The translations under genes and the position numbers were made by a program. A stretch of DNA of 64,000 bases from contig NC_068981.1 of assembly GCF_001194135.2 (NCBI RefSeq), positions 53,554,717 to 53,618,716 on the forward strand, written 5' to 3'. Of the stretch, positions 12,701 through 27,100 are shown one piece after another. Every line of letters starts with the position of its first letter. Positions within the stretch are counted from its first letter, which is position 1. The notes beneath the pieces were generated by a model. It had not been told where the DNA came from. It did no database searches and worked only from the letters and a program-made list of their open reading frames with translations. Source of the stretch: Octopus bimaculoides. Taxonomy: Eukaryota.

Positions 12701-14831
12701 TCAAATAAAAAGATCATATCAACAGTAAACAACAAATATTAGATATATAAAATATAGTTCTAATAATACTTATTGTTGAGGGTTACTGAAATCATGCTCA
12801 TCAAAAATAATTCATTTCAGCTTAATGGAAAATATTCTTAAAGATTATCTATAAGACTGAAAATCATTTGTTTTGTATAGGTATACAAAACATGAAGAAC
12901 TAGTATTGAACTTTTTAGTCTCGTATAGCTTAAGAAATAAGTTCAATTAAAAAGTATAAAAATTCTTTTGCATGGCTTAGTTAGAGAAAGAAGGGTAGCA
13001 TTTATCACCCTTTTCAGAGTCTCCAACACAGGTCCAGGAAAGCTATCCTCTAACTGGAACCCTGTTTCCAACTATAAGTATCCAAAGACTAGGGCTAGGT
13101 GGTGGTGTTAAACCAGGTGGTGGTGTTTGTGTTTTGAAGGCTCATATTCCAGTGGTTAGGTGCTTGATTCACGATCATAAGGCCATAGGCTCTATTTCTG
13201 GACCGGAATGGAGTAAGGAGGTGCTATTGTGTCTTGGAGTAAGCCACGTCATTTCACGCTGCTCCAGTTTACTTAGCTGAAAATGAGTTCCAATCAATAG
13301 ATTGCGGGTACATCCTTCTGTATCTCCAGCTGTCACATCGCAGATGTTCCACTGAGTAAAGGATGTAAGGAACAAGAGGGTGACTATGCTTCTGACTACA
13401 TAGACATCTTAAACAATTGGCGAAAGTGTTGTACAAGCTACCATGCGATATTTACTTGCAAATATCAGCTAATTTTACACACACACACATACATACACAC
13501 ACATCTTTTTAAGATTTGTTGTGTAAAGCCGAAACGCTGCGAGAAGATATAAAGTAATCAAAAAAAACAAAAATATTGCATTACTCTATATTTCTATATT
13601 TCGAAGCTATGACCCCTTCTTCAAGACATTTAGAAAAGCGAGGGAAGGAAAAGGTCGTTGTTCAGACGTACACACACACACGCACGCACACATACATACA
13701 TACATACATANNNNNNNNNNNNNNNNNNNNNNNNNNNNNNNNNNNNNNNNNNNNNNNNNNNNNNNNNNNNNNNNNNNNNNNNNNNNNNNNNNNNNNNNNN
13801 NNNNNNNNNNNNNNNNNNNNNNNNNNNNNNNNNNNNNNNNNNNNNNNNNNNNNNNNNNNNNNNNNNNNNNNNNNNNNNNNNNNNNNNNNNNNNNNNNNNN
13901 NNNNNNNNNNNNNNNNNNNNNNNNNNNNNNNNNNNNNNNNNNNNNNNNNNNNNNNNNNNNNNNNNNNNNNNNNNNNNNNNNNNNNNNNNNNNNNNNNNNN
14001 NNNNNNNNNNNNNNNNNNNNNNNNNNNNNNNNNNNNNNNNNNNNNNNNNNNNNNNNNNNNNNNNNNNNNNNNNNNNNNNNNNNNNNNNNNNNNNNNNNNN
14101 NNNNGTATATATGAAATCTTTAGCAAAACATTTTCTTCCAGAAGAGAAACTGTGTTGAATTTAACAATTTAAAATGAATTTGAACCCGTTATCTGTACAT
14201 ATAAATAGATGTAATGTCCATTCCTAATAAAACAAATTATTAACAAAATTACTTTCTATTTCACCCAATTATTACCATAATTTGAATAATTTCCAAACAA
14301 AATGAAACGAAGGAAGTAAGTTCATGAATTCAAGTGCTTGTAGTAAAATTCTAGAATATTCAATAACAAAAACCAACTAAAGATTCAGCAGATTTTGTCA
14401 TATTCTAATACAAAGTAAACTTTATATAATAGTTACTGTGAATTCCGGATAATGTATTCAGTTAAGATACCCTAAATCTTATGGATGGACTCATGCTTGA
14501 AATTCTAATTATGCAAATAGAAACTCTAGATTAAAATCTTTATCTATATGACATACTTAACGTACGTATATCATTGGAAAGTCAGAAGCTGCAATGGTTG
14601 TCCCGAAAAAGATCCGTTTACAGACGTTAAAAACACAGTGTACTCCAGAGCGAGACGAAACGAACTCGTCACAGAAGCGACCTTGAGAGTGACGAATTTT
14701 ATTATTTTTGAATATCTAAAGAAACCTACGTAGTACATTATACAGAAAATACATATCTTAATCAAACTGTTATCCTAGATGTTAGCTCAAATTTGAAATC
14801 ACGATATGAAATAGATTCTTTTTTTATTTTC

Positions 14832-14862
<31 letters not shown>

Positions 14863-15552
14863 TGGTTTGTTTTCAATCACATGGTTTGGGGTTTAGTCCC
14901 ACGGCGCGTACCTGTAGCAATTATCTTTAGCTTCTTTAGCCCCGGGCGACCAATACTTTCGTGGGTGAATTTAGTCAATGGAACTTGTACAGAAGCCCGT
15001 TGGGTGTATGTGTGTGCGCGCGCATGCGTGCGTAAGTGTGTGTGTGAGCGTGCGAGCGTTTTTGTTTTTTGTGTTTGTCTTTCATCACTTGACAATCGAT
15101 GTTGTTTGTTTAGGTCAGCAAAAAGAGGTCAGCGGAACGAAACGTATAGAGTAAGAGACTTAAAATAAATAGTAGGAGTCGATTTAATCGACTAAACCGT
15201 TCAAAGCGGCGCCCCAGAATGGCCGCGATCTAATTACTGAAACAAGTAAAAGTATAACGGAATATACTCTTCATCAGTGAACGCATGGAAAATGCTGAAG
15301 ATTACAAACTATAGAAGTAGATGAATTTCCTGGTCGATAAGAAATGAGAAGCAGTCAGCTTTTTGTTGACGTTTTTCTAGAGTAAATGAATATCTCTTTA
15401 ATCACTTCCAGATTGTAAAGATGGGGAATCATCTCATTATTCCTTTGTTATCAAACACTCCAGTTATTTCATCAACTATAAATATATCGGAGTCTATTCA
15501 GCTTGCTTTTATATTTTGTATGTATGCGTGTGTTTGTGTGTGTGCGTGCATG

Positions 15553-15595
<43 letters not shown>

Positions 15596-18500
15596 NNNNN
15601 NNNNNNNNNNNNNNNNNNNNNNNNNNNNNNNNNNNNNNNNNNNNNNNNNNNNNNNNNNNNNNNNNNNNNNNNNNNNNNNNTGTGTGTGTGTGTGTGTGTG
15701 TGTGTGTAAGTGTGTGCACGCGTGTATATGAAAATTAACATTTTTTTACTAGTTGAAACCCCATTCATGTGACATATAGTCATATACGTATGAACTTTAT
15801 TTACATTTAGCGGATATTTAATATATCTAACAAAGTTACAAACACCAATTTTACTATTTTCTATTAGGTCATTGCCTCAGTGTTACATTGCAATATCGAG
15901 AGACAAAAATTCGTTGTTGTATTTGGTGTCTTTCTCCCTTTAAAATCGGAGTTTGCATTCTGCCAAGTTAGCTTTGCTGTTTATCTTTCGAGAATTGACA
16001 AAATACAAATAGTAGAGAAGTACTGAGGTTGATTTGACCATCTACACATTTTCCCATGTGATAAATTTAGGAATCGCTAATTGCAAAGAGTATTTAAAGG
16101 TGAACCTGTTGCCTGTGGGGTTGCTATGAAAATCATACTGTTGATGCTGAATGCAGAACTGTTTATTATACAGACAAATGCTTATATGGCTATATGTGAG
16201 TGTGTGCATATAGAGACTAAAACTAAGGCCGTCACTCGTAATCAATGATGGTTTGGTAGCATGTACGATGCTTTCACTAATTGTTTTAGGTGCTCGTGTG
16301 TTCGCGAGCTTCTCGACTCTCCCAGCTTTCACACAGTGAATTATACAAGTTGTAACAGCTGGAGAGAGAGAGGGGGTGGGGACATGACTGTACCAATACT
16401 GGTACTTTTTTTATTGATCTCGAAAGGATCGAAGGTGAAGCTGGAATCAATAAAATTTGAACTCAGAGAGTAGATAAGCGAAACAAATATTGCACCTCCA
16501 TGGTGTCCAGTGTTCAAAATGCTTTCCATTCACTGAACGAGGTGCGTTCAAAAAGTATCTGATTTTATTTTTCCCACCAAAACTAATGCCACGTGGGTAA
16601 GATCCTTTGGGTGGAAGGTTACCCCACTCTGTCTACGCATGCGTAAAAATGTTCACACCGGTAAGCCGCGTCAGTTGCCGGCTGTTACATCTAAAGTATA
16701 GATGAATATGCGCTCGTCGGATTTTCGGGGCGAAAATTTTAACACATGCCCAGGAAAGGTGGCGTCACCTCCTACCTAAAGGATTTTGCCCACGTGGCAT
16801 TAGTTTCGGCGGGAAAAAATGAAGTCAGATGCTTTTTGAACGCACCTCGTATATGTCATAAACCTAAATTTGTACTCTGTTACAAATGTCGTGTTATGGC
16901 TTCGCGTAAACCGCTTACATGTACTACGCCCAAATTGGATCAGATGTATAAATATTTTCTTCATAAATTACAATGAAATAGCCAAATAAGAATTCGAAAG
17001 CTTAAGAAATTCTCGATCGTTATCATTCGAGATGAACAAACTGTGTATATTATTATCAAATCCTTTATGTGCGTAGTTTTGTGTAAGTTGAGGGGTAGGG
17101 GGATAAGTTTGAATTATATTAAATTCAAATATCTTTGAATTTACTATGTCTATGATTGTCTTTGTGATTGCTTTATAATCTCTCATTTTTGTGAAATTTT
17201 CTAAGTTGATTGATTCCATTCGGAATCAAACATATACTGAACGCTTGAGTGTAGATATTCAGCATAATATTTAGATATATACACTCAATCACAGTTAGAC
17301 ATATACATGCACACGCACACTCATACACGTCGTCTAATATTCATCGGTCTATTTTCCAATCACTTTCTCTGAACCCTCACTACGTTCAGTAGAATTCGCC
17401 GAACACCCGTCATTTAGAGAAAATCTTTCTTTTATATCTCTGTATCGCTGTTTGCCATCTGTATTTGTCTGCTATGAACCTATAATAGTTCATGCTAGAT
17501 ATAAACGGAAGAAAAATGCGTTAGCCAAATATATATATATATATATATANNNNNNNNNNTAGTCATAAGTGTACATTACTTATTACTAACTCAAAGTAAG
17601 TATTTATTTACTTTTTAATTATATGCAATCATATCTCAGGATCCTCTTTTCCATTTTTGGAATGTATCTTTTTTTTTTTTTTTTTTGGTTAATTTTTGTT
17701 TTGTGTGTCTATTAAATTGTTCAGTTTGAGTACACAATTTCGACTCCTGTCTCCAAAAAAAGACGCCGAAGAAATTGGAGAGGAGTTAAACCAGAACGCT
17801 GAAGGAGGTAAGCAAATGGTGAGATCAAGTGTGCTATATTTTTACGGATAAATATTTTCAAAATATGGCTTCCCGTATTGAGCATAGTACTTTCTTTCAA
17901 CTGCAGAAGACTGGATTTTGAAAAATAAAAGAAAATGTATAATCTGTTGAACCTTCAAGTGACCCAAGCAGTTTTTCATCTCATATTCATTTTGTCTTTA
18001 TAAATGTCATCTTCGTCACCTTTGAGATTACCGCTCTATTCAGATATATATTTAATGTTGACTTAAGATTAGTAAATCAATGTAAGATATTGAGAATTTT
18101 AATCCTACTCCAAGTCAGAGTCGGTCACACCTGAGACGTAACTATCTGAGATATTATCTAGCCATCTTTCTCTGAGCTTTTCCTATGTAGTATCATTCAT
18201 ACTATCAATAGTTATGTTACACTAAGTACTAAATCACTTTTCTTCTTTGAATATGTTAATATTTGAAATAAATAATTCTATTCTTCATTTGTAATCCCTT
18301 TGAATCGTGTAATATCATTTCTAGTTTTGTTCTTTCTCATCTTCCCTTAAAGACTTGATCTTAATAGAATTAGATTATTTTCAACAGTCAGAGAAAACAT
18401 GAATGAAAATCGATCATCGGTACAGTACTAGTAGTTAGAATTTTAATTTAAAATAATTTTACAGTAATATTGAAATTATTATTACTGTTTTTGTTTTGTT

Positions 18501-20615
18501 ATTTTTTGTAACAGGCAACTGTAATTATCACACGAGTGGCAGGTGCTGTTAAATAAATGGTACGCTCTTTGTGAGAACGGGCCCCAGTTTCGATTTTCAG
18601 TTGATGGAAGACCCTATCATTTCCTGATAAAATCCCTTTCTACTGTTGCAATCAAACCTCACTCATTTGTGGGCCACTTCACTTCTGAGCTAAAATCCGT
18701 TTGAATAAAATATTCTTAAACATTATGTTACGCCTAAATTACGTTTCCATGTTAAATTAGAGATTTAAAGTTACTAAATTGATAATACATTATAAAACCT
18801 ATAAATCAATTTTGACAATTCAGTATGTCGACAATGTTAATTCAAAAGTGTTGATATCAGTAAACAGATACCTGTTCTAGGTAAACTACACCTGCACTTA
18901 ATTTTTATTTTGGAAACATATCTAATATTTGTAATGTGTCTAGGAATTAATATAGACATTTAGTCATAAATCTCTGACTGATGATGTCATGGCATCTAAA
19001 TAACAAACTCCCTAAGTATATCATCTACTTCAGCTTAAAACAACACAGATTTCAGTACATTTTCTTGTTGTAAAACATGATTTATATCAGTCACACATAA
19101 TTAAATATTAAATAGATATTAAAATTATATATTAGATAACCGATATATATCTTTAAAAAGGTCAAGGATGAGGCTAGTACAGTCGTTGAATTCCTACAGC
19201 CAAGAAAGTGACGTCGAAATTGTAGTAAACAACAAATTCTTCCAAACGGGTTTTCTTTTATGAAAAGCGTCTAATTATCGATTGATGACATCTCATTTAT
19301 GCATTTATTCCCCACCCCACCTACCCCAACTTTTATTGTAGAAATTATCAAACCAACAACAGATTATACATTTGGAAAGTGATGTCCAGCACGAATTTTT
19401 TGTCACACTAAGACAAAACATGATCAGAGAAAATAAACCCAAAGAAATTTTTTTAATCATTTGATTTTAAAAAAATGTAATGGACTGCTTTAATTTTTAG
19501 AAGTCATGGGTAGGGGGTTATTCTTCAAACGAATCTGAATTTAACTTTGATATTGCTATTTTCTGAAACAGCGTGAAACAGTGTTCACATGCACACGTTG
19601 TACGCAAAAAGCCGCTAAATTGAAATATCGATATATTACAATGAATGCCATTTACGTATATATTGATGTTTGTTTTTATGTTAAGTTATATATAAAACAA
19701 TTTATCCTTAAACTAAAGGAGTACTCAATACTTTTTAGTAGAGTATATATTTGTTAATCTTTACAAAGAAAAGATTTGCAATAACTTCGAAATTTCGACT
19801 TTTTCTCCTCACATTTCAAATACACAGTGCTCCATAGCACATTTCATCATATCTACGTGTCACTTTTAAACCATCGGAAAATTCCGAGGTTAAAATCATT
19901 AAAGCATTGGGTTGATTTAAATAGCAAATAGGAATTTATAGCTTGACATTTTATTTCACAAAATGAACTAATGCTTAGTGACTCATCAATACTGATGTTC
20001 CTGTCAATCTCAGATGTTATACCTTGCATTAAACAATTTGACTAAGTCTTAAAGTAAAAGGTAACTTCGAAACGTTACAATTATTTTATTTATATAGTGA
20101 TTTCTCTCTCATTAAACGGGTATATTATTATGCAAAGAAAAGTGCAGTATATTATATTTAAATGATTTGGATTTTCTGAGAAATATCAAACTTTGATACT
20201 GCGAATCCTGTTACTTTTGTTGATCTTCAAACACTTGGCTTTGCCAATGTTTTCAGCGAAATCAAAGTAAAAACTTGTATAGTTTCAATGCGGGAAGCAC
20301 ATCAAAATAGCACCTGCAAGGAATTTGATGTGAGGCTACACGTTCTTGGCAGTGGGTAGATACGACATAATGTAAGGACGTTAAAAAAATTTTTTACTGA
20401 AAAATCTCAATTTGTCTTTAAATGTCTTGAATTATATTTGTTATTGAATTAGTCATTTATTATATCAAATCCTATGATATCTAGTTCTCATTTCTGAGAA
20501 CGACTGTCATTCATGGTGTGTTGATTTTATGTGTGAATATACATACATGCATGCATACATACACACACACATATACACATACATACATACATATACACAT
20601 ACATACATACATACA

Positions 20616-20646
<31 letters not shown>

Positions 20647-23421
20647 GTGTATGTATGTGCTAAACTTCATCAAAAGACTGTCATTTAATACACTATAAGT
20701 CTTGAGATTCCTCTGGAATATATTTATGATTGTCTTTTCAATCAAACCAGACAGTAGATTCATTTTCTGTCCTAAATTTTCTGCTGGGATTCCTAAAGCA
20801 GTTTATAATTAACCGCCTTCATACAATAGGTCAATTCCTATAACTAGCATCGGACTGGCAAATAGAAAAAAAAAAGAAGAAAAAAACAAGATTAAAAACT
20901 TAAGTCCTCCTCCGAAATTTCAGATGGAAGTAATTTTTCCCTATAATTAGCGGCATCAAAATCAAATTTATCTGCATTTGTTATTTCTTAACTCCAGGTC
21001 AGCTCTAATCCAGCAGATCTGTAATCAACGGAATTCCAGTTGTGTCACCCTGACCGTTGTTTTCGTGCATAGAGTACCCTGAACTATACTACCCAATGTG
21101 TCCTTTTAAAACACTGTTGGGTGTGAGTTGAGAAATATTTAGTTACTATTTCTAGCACTTATAGTGACCACATAGAAGAGCCATCATTGGCACGTAAATT
21201 GCAATGTTGAGTTGATCTATACATGCTTATAAAATTAATTACTATAGAATGTGGGATAAATCTAGGCAGAAGAATTATCTAATACTGTAGCGAGAGACAA
21301 GCACCGAAAAGGAAATAATATAGTATTTATTTAAAATATTGGTACAAGGCCAATATGTTTGAGGGGTGGTTAAGTCGAATACATCGATCCCAGTCCTTAT
21401 TTTATCGACTCCGAAAGATTGTAAAGCTAAGTCGACCTCAGTGAAATTTAAATTCAAAGCTTTATGGTTACAGCTTTGAAAATTTGTGCAGCAAGAAGTC
21501 CAGTTAAATATTTGGAAGTTGAACTCTTGTTTATGGTTCGTCGGTTTTCGGTGTATTTACTTTTTTTTTTCTTGCATGGAATCTTTTTTATGTGGAGTTG
21601 GCCAATCAAAACTGATTATCAGCCAGCCTTGTCTGTGCATCATAGATCAACTGTATCTTGTTCAGACACCGGATAATCAGCAACCACAAAGGCTAGAGGA
21701 AACTAGTTGTTTCCAGAAAATCCCTTCTCTTTAAAACAGTGGTTCTCAACCTTTTTAATATCCTGACCAGATCCAAGACCTGAGTATTTTTAGGGGCCGC
21801 ACCAAAAAAAAAAAAAAAAGAGTAAAGCACAAATCAATTAAAGAAACATTTATTACGTTTATAAGAGAAGACTACCGGGTGGGGCGCGCCGAAAAGTTGC
21901 TTGAGAGCTGCATGCGACCCTGGGAGCCACGGTTGAGAAACACTGCTCAAGTCATTATAGCTATTTTTGCAATGCTTAGTATGAGGGGTTTCCAGGCAAC
22001 GCTTCAACACTGGGAACGATCAGTAATCTGTATCTCGACTGCAACAAGTTTTGAAATCATCACTACTAGCTAGAATGTTTACGCAGGCACCCACTTGCGA
22101 AAAATAGATATCAACAAGTATCTAAACTTACTTTGCACACAAATAAGTAATTTTTCTATCCAGTACTGAAACTTTGCCACAAAGACACATGCACTTTTAC
22201 ATAATTCTAACAATTTAACCCAAACATTCTTACTCACAACAAATATTACATATATACCACAGACATAAACACCCCTAAAACTCAAGTTTTAGGGGGTGGT
22301 GAAGTAACATGACATACTAAATTTTACCTATAATAGTAATTATATTCTACATGATAAAACTAGTAATTGTTATCAAAATAAAATGAGGTCTCCTCAAGCG
22401 CAGGGAAGTCATTAACTTGCAATATATAAAGTAAATCTACAACTTTTGTCTTCATTAATTTTCTATCGTTTCACTCTTAAAAGCTTTTACAACTTGTCTA
22501 TCATTCATATTAAGTTAGTTTAGTCGTGATACCTCACTCGCCACTTAGGTGAGCGCTATGCATACCAACTATTTAAAAGGGGCTGCTACAAAAAAAAATG
22601 GGTAAGAACCATTGCTATAGACTTTTATTTGCCAGAAGTACATTTTATCTGTTCATTTTTCATTAACATTTGCTCTGAATAATCTCTCTGGCTTGGTAGT
22701 GACCCAGTAGAATTTTTGTAATCATGAACAAAACAAATACCTTGGGAAGTAATTAAAAGTGTGTTAAAAATGTTGAAGGAAGCTAAAGTTTTATGGTTCA
22801 AAACTTGGATAGATTTCTAGTAACATATATTATTTAAAAAATTGTAATTATTTCTACTTTGAATTACAGTTAATGAGCAAGACACTATTTTTCACGTTGC
22901 TCCAGTTCACTTGGCTAAAGAAATGTATCGCGATGTCACTAGTGTCAAGCTGTATCGGCCTTTGCCTTTCCCTTGGATAACATCGGTGGTGTAGAGAGGA
23001 GAGACCGGTACGCATAGGCGACTGCTGGTCTTCCATAAAAAAACCTTGCCCGGACTTGTGCCTAGGAGGGTAACTTTCTAGGTGCAATCCTATGGTCATT
23101 AACAAGGACACCTAAGGCAGAGATCGCAAATCTAAATAGTTTGGAGTATCATTTCTTTTAGTTCCATGTTCAAATTCTACCGGAGTGGACGGTACCTTTC
23201 ATCCTTCCGAAAGCGATAAAATGAACTCCAGCAATCTATTGTGGATCGATGTGATCAACAGTTATCAACTCTCCGTATACATTCAGGAAATCTGCCATAC
23301 AGCTGACAAATCTATCGTTTCATCTGGCTTCCAGAACGGTTTATTATTGAAACAATTAGAAGTAAAACCTAGTATACTATTGCATTCTCACGCGCTAACA
23401 CACACGCACACATACACACAC

Positions 23422-23457
<36 letters not shown>

Positions 23458-23793
23458 ACACACACCGACAGTGAGATTAAATGTGTTTTTCTTTTGCTTT
23501 TGTTGTCTTTAGAAGATCTTCCATTAGTTTCATGAAAATTTTCTTTTAATTTTTAGGGACAGTATTATATTTTCCATAACCAACAGTGGAACAAGTTTGT
23601 TAGCAGGTTTTATAACTTTCCCAGTCTTGGGCTATATGGCTAACAAAATGAATAAGACAATAGATGATGTCGCTGAATCCGGTATGATACTCTTCTTATC
23701 TCTTTCAATTATTATTATTTTTCCTTCGTAGCACAGTGTAGGTAAAAATGCACCGGAGTCTTTAGTCAAGTCACAACAAGGACCTCAAACAGA

Positions 23794-23838
<45 letters not shown>

Positions 23839-23905
23839 TACTATTACTAATATTATTATTATTATTATTATTACTATTATTATTACTATTACTATTACTA
23901 TTACT

Positions 23906-23963
<58 letters not shown>

Positions 23964-24078
23964 NNNNNNNNNNNNNNNNNNNNNNNNNNNNNNNNNNNNN
24001 NNNNNNNNNNNNNNNNNNNNNNNNNNNNNNNNNNNNNNNNNNNNNNNNNNNNNNNNNNNNNNNNNNNNNNNNNNNNNN

Positions 24079-24111
<33 letters not shown>

Positions 24112-27100
24112 GTTGTTGTTGTTGTTGTGGCGGGCTGGCAGAATCGTTAGTACGCCGGGAGAAATGCTAAGCAATACTTCGTCTGCCGCTACGTTCTGAG
24201 TTCAAATTCCGCCGAAGTCGACTTTGCATTTCATCCTCTCGGGGCCGATTAAATAAGTACCGGTTACGCACTGGGGTCGATGTAATCGACTTAATTCCTT
24301 CGCCCAAATTTAAAGTCTTGTGCTTCCAGTAGAAAGAATTATTATTATTATTATTATTGTTGTTATTACTACTATTGTTGTTGTTGTTGTTGTTGCTGTT
24401 TAAAAGGCGGCGAGCTGGTGGAATCGTTGGCACGTCGGGCAAAATGAATAGCGGCATTTCGTCCGTCTTTATTTTCTGAGTTCAAATTCCTCTGAGGCCG
24501 ACTTTACCTTTCATCATTTCGGGGTGGATAAATTAAATACCAATGAAACGCTGGGGTCGATGTGCCTTTAATAGAAAGGATTATTATTGTTATTATTATT
24601 GTTATCGAGAGAGAGAGAGAGAGAGAGAGAGAGCAATTCATGCCATCAAAGTGACACTGGGGTGAAATATACGAAACAGTATACCCATCATGACTACCCG
24701 TTTGATAAGGTTTATGTGTTGTTTATCTTATATGAGATCACAATATCGCGCGCATATGGTTGTGATGCATTTCCTGGTGTACCCTTATCAGACGGGTAGT
24801 CATGATGGGTATACCGGGCTTCGTATATTTGCAACCCAAACTAATCATTCCATATACTAAATTTAACAACAATACTATTCCATAATTCCTTGTGATTCAA
24901 AAGAAGTCATAGACACCAGTCTTCATGTTGATGCCAACACAAGGAAATTCCGTCAGCGCAGATAATGCCATCACATCTATGTGTATTCTTTTTCTCGTGC
25001 TTCTACCAGTATGAAAAGGAACGTATCATCTTTTAACCCATGCATGTTCCTTCTTCTATCTAAGTAATCTTCCTTCTCTCACCTGTGTAATATACCCAGC
25101 CATCTATTTTCCTCTGTGTCGATTCATTCTTCTGTCACCTCAGTATAGCGGCATTTCGTCCGTCTTTATTTTCTGAGTTCAAATTCCGCTGAGGCCGACT
25201 TTACCTTTCATCATTTCGGGGTGGATAAATTAAATACCAATGAAACGCTGGGGTCGATGTGCCTTTAATAGAAAGGATTATTATTGTTATTATTATTGTT
25301 ATCGAGAGAGAGAGAGAGAGAGAGAGAGAGCACTGTAGTCACTGTCTATCTCCCTTACGTCAACTTAGTCACTTTTCTAGTCATTTATCTTCCTTCTTTC
25401 ACCTAAGTCATCTATAGTCATCTATCTTCCGTTACTTAAAACGTAAATGGATCCTCCGCTCGTTTCGACGATGAGTTTTTCAATTGTTTGTTCAATTGGG
25501 CTACCTACTTATTGAACAATAGAGTAAATGGTTTGGTATGTCACAGATACTATAACTCTTAATGTAATTCTGAAGTAGAATTCATATGACACAGCATGTG
25601 ACAAAGCTGAACCTTTACACTGCCGATACAGTTCACTCAACACTTGTCCTTGTTTCTGTTAGCCCAGTTTTACTCACAAGGCTTGGGTCAACCCAAAATC
25701 CACAGAGAGATCAACTCGGTAATGACTATCTCTTTGTTCAAACATTTCCCTTCTGTCACCTAAATCATCTATCTGACTTCTTTCTACTAGCGGTTTGTTG
25801 TTTTCAATTGTAAAGCTTACAATCATGCAAGCCAAAGTTAGAGATTGTTCTTTTTAGGACTGAAACTTCTTCCATGTAGATATAGATGATGAAGCTGTGA
25901 GGATAATGCAGAAAAGGCAATGACTGATAAATGTCGGCAATAACGTTGCTGACAAGGATGACTATCAATGATGATGATTAAAACAAAATACAATAAAATT
26001 CCTGCTCTCAACATTACTAAGATTTCGAATTTTCAGTCGAATTAAGAAATTTTCCTTAGGTCATTCAAAATATGTGCAACCCAGATTTTAGCACCATTTT
26101 TCTAGCAGCAGCATCGACCTTAATCTAATCTGTTCTACAATCTTTAAAAAGCTGTCTCGTCCACCTGATAAATATATCACGATATTTCATATTTTAACCA
26201 GGTCCCGGTATGGCATTTATTGCTTACCCTCAAGCCGTAGCTACCATGCCAGGAGCTCCGTTTTGGTCCATCCTCTTTTTCCTCATGTTGATTTTACTCG
26301 GAATGGACAGTCAGGTAAAATTTTATCTTCTTTTAACTAAAGTACAATCCATAATTTGCTAAAAAGTTTTCTGGCACAGAAGTATAATTTATTTATTTTA
26401 ATGTCTATCTTATATAATGTATTTTGATAGCAATGAGTCAATCACTTGTTCAATGCATTTTCAACGGCAAGCGTGACAAGGGCACAAGACACCTTTAAAC
26501 CTTTTCAGTCTAACTAGTAGAAATTTAGACACTAAATTAAATTATCACAGGTAAACTAATGGCATTCAATTACAAGATGATATTTGCTTTTGATATTCAA
26601 CATGAATCGCTAAGATTCATGTTGGCGACGTTCTGTACATAGTGCAAATTAGTTCAACCGTGTAAAGTTGGTATGTCTGTTTTGATGTGTATTTCTAACT
26701 GTGCATGTGAGAAAGAGAAAGACAGTGAGAGAGAAGGGGAGGAGAAAAGTGTGATTATATATGCACACATACACATGCCTGCTGGTACTGTTGCTTTTTG
26801 TTGCGTGGGTCCAGATCAGCTGTGATCTAGGAGATCTACGCCACGCAAATAATTGGCTGATCAATTAGGCGCGATTTAATAAATGTATACTATGCATCCT
26901 CTTTATGAGAGCCATAATGTACACTCCGTTACGAAGTGCTTTATCAAATGAGACACAATTCTGCATGCGGGACATGTGCTCTTCCAACTATCAAGTTTAT
27001 ATCTGTATTCCTGCAGATTCTGGTGGCGAGCACATCGGAGGTGGCTGATATGAACTCGTTTCAAATGCAAAGGTTGCTCTAAATGTATTTGTTAATAGTT

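Noticed and set aside
13593-13627. Additional hammerhead-like motifs at about 13593, 25457 and 28895
   Set aside because: Cores or stems are too degenerate to list as features. They are used only as weak support for strand bias.
19715-19870. Kolobok-like MITE
   Set aside because: The termini match too poorly to call.
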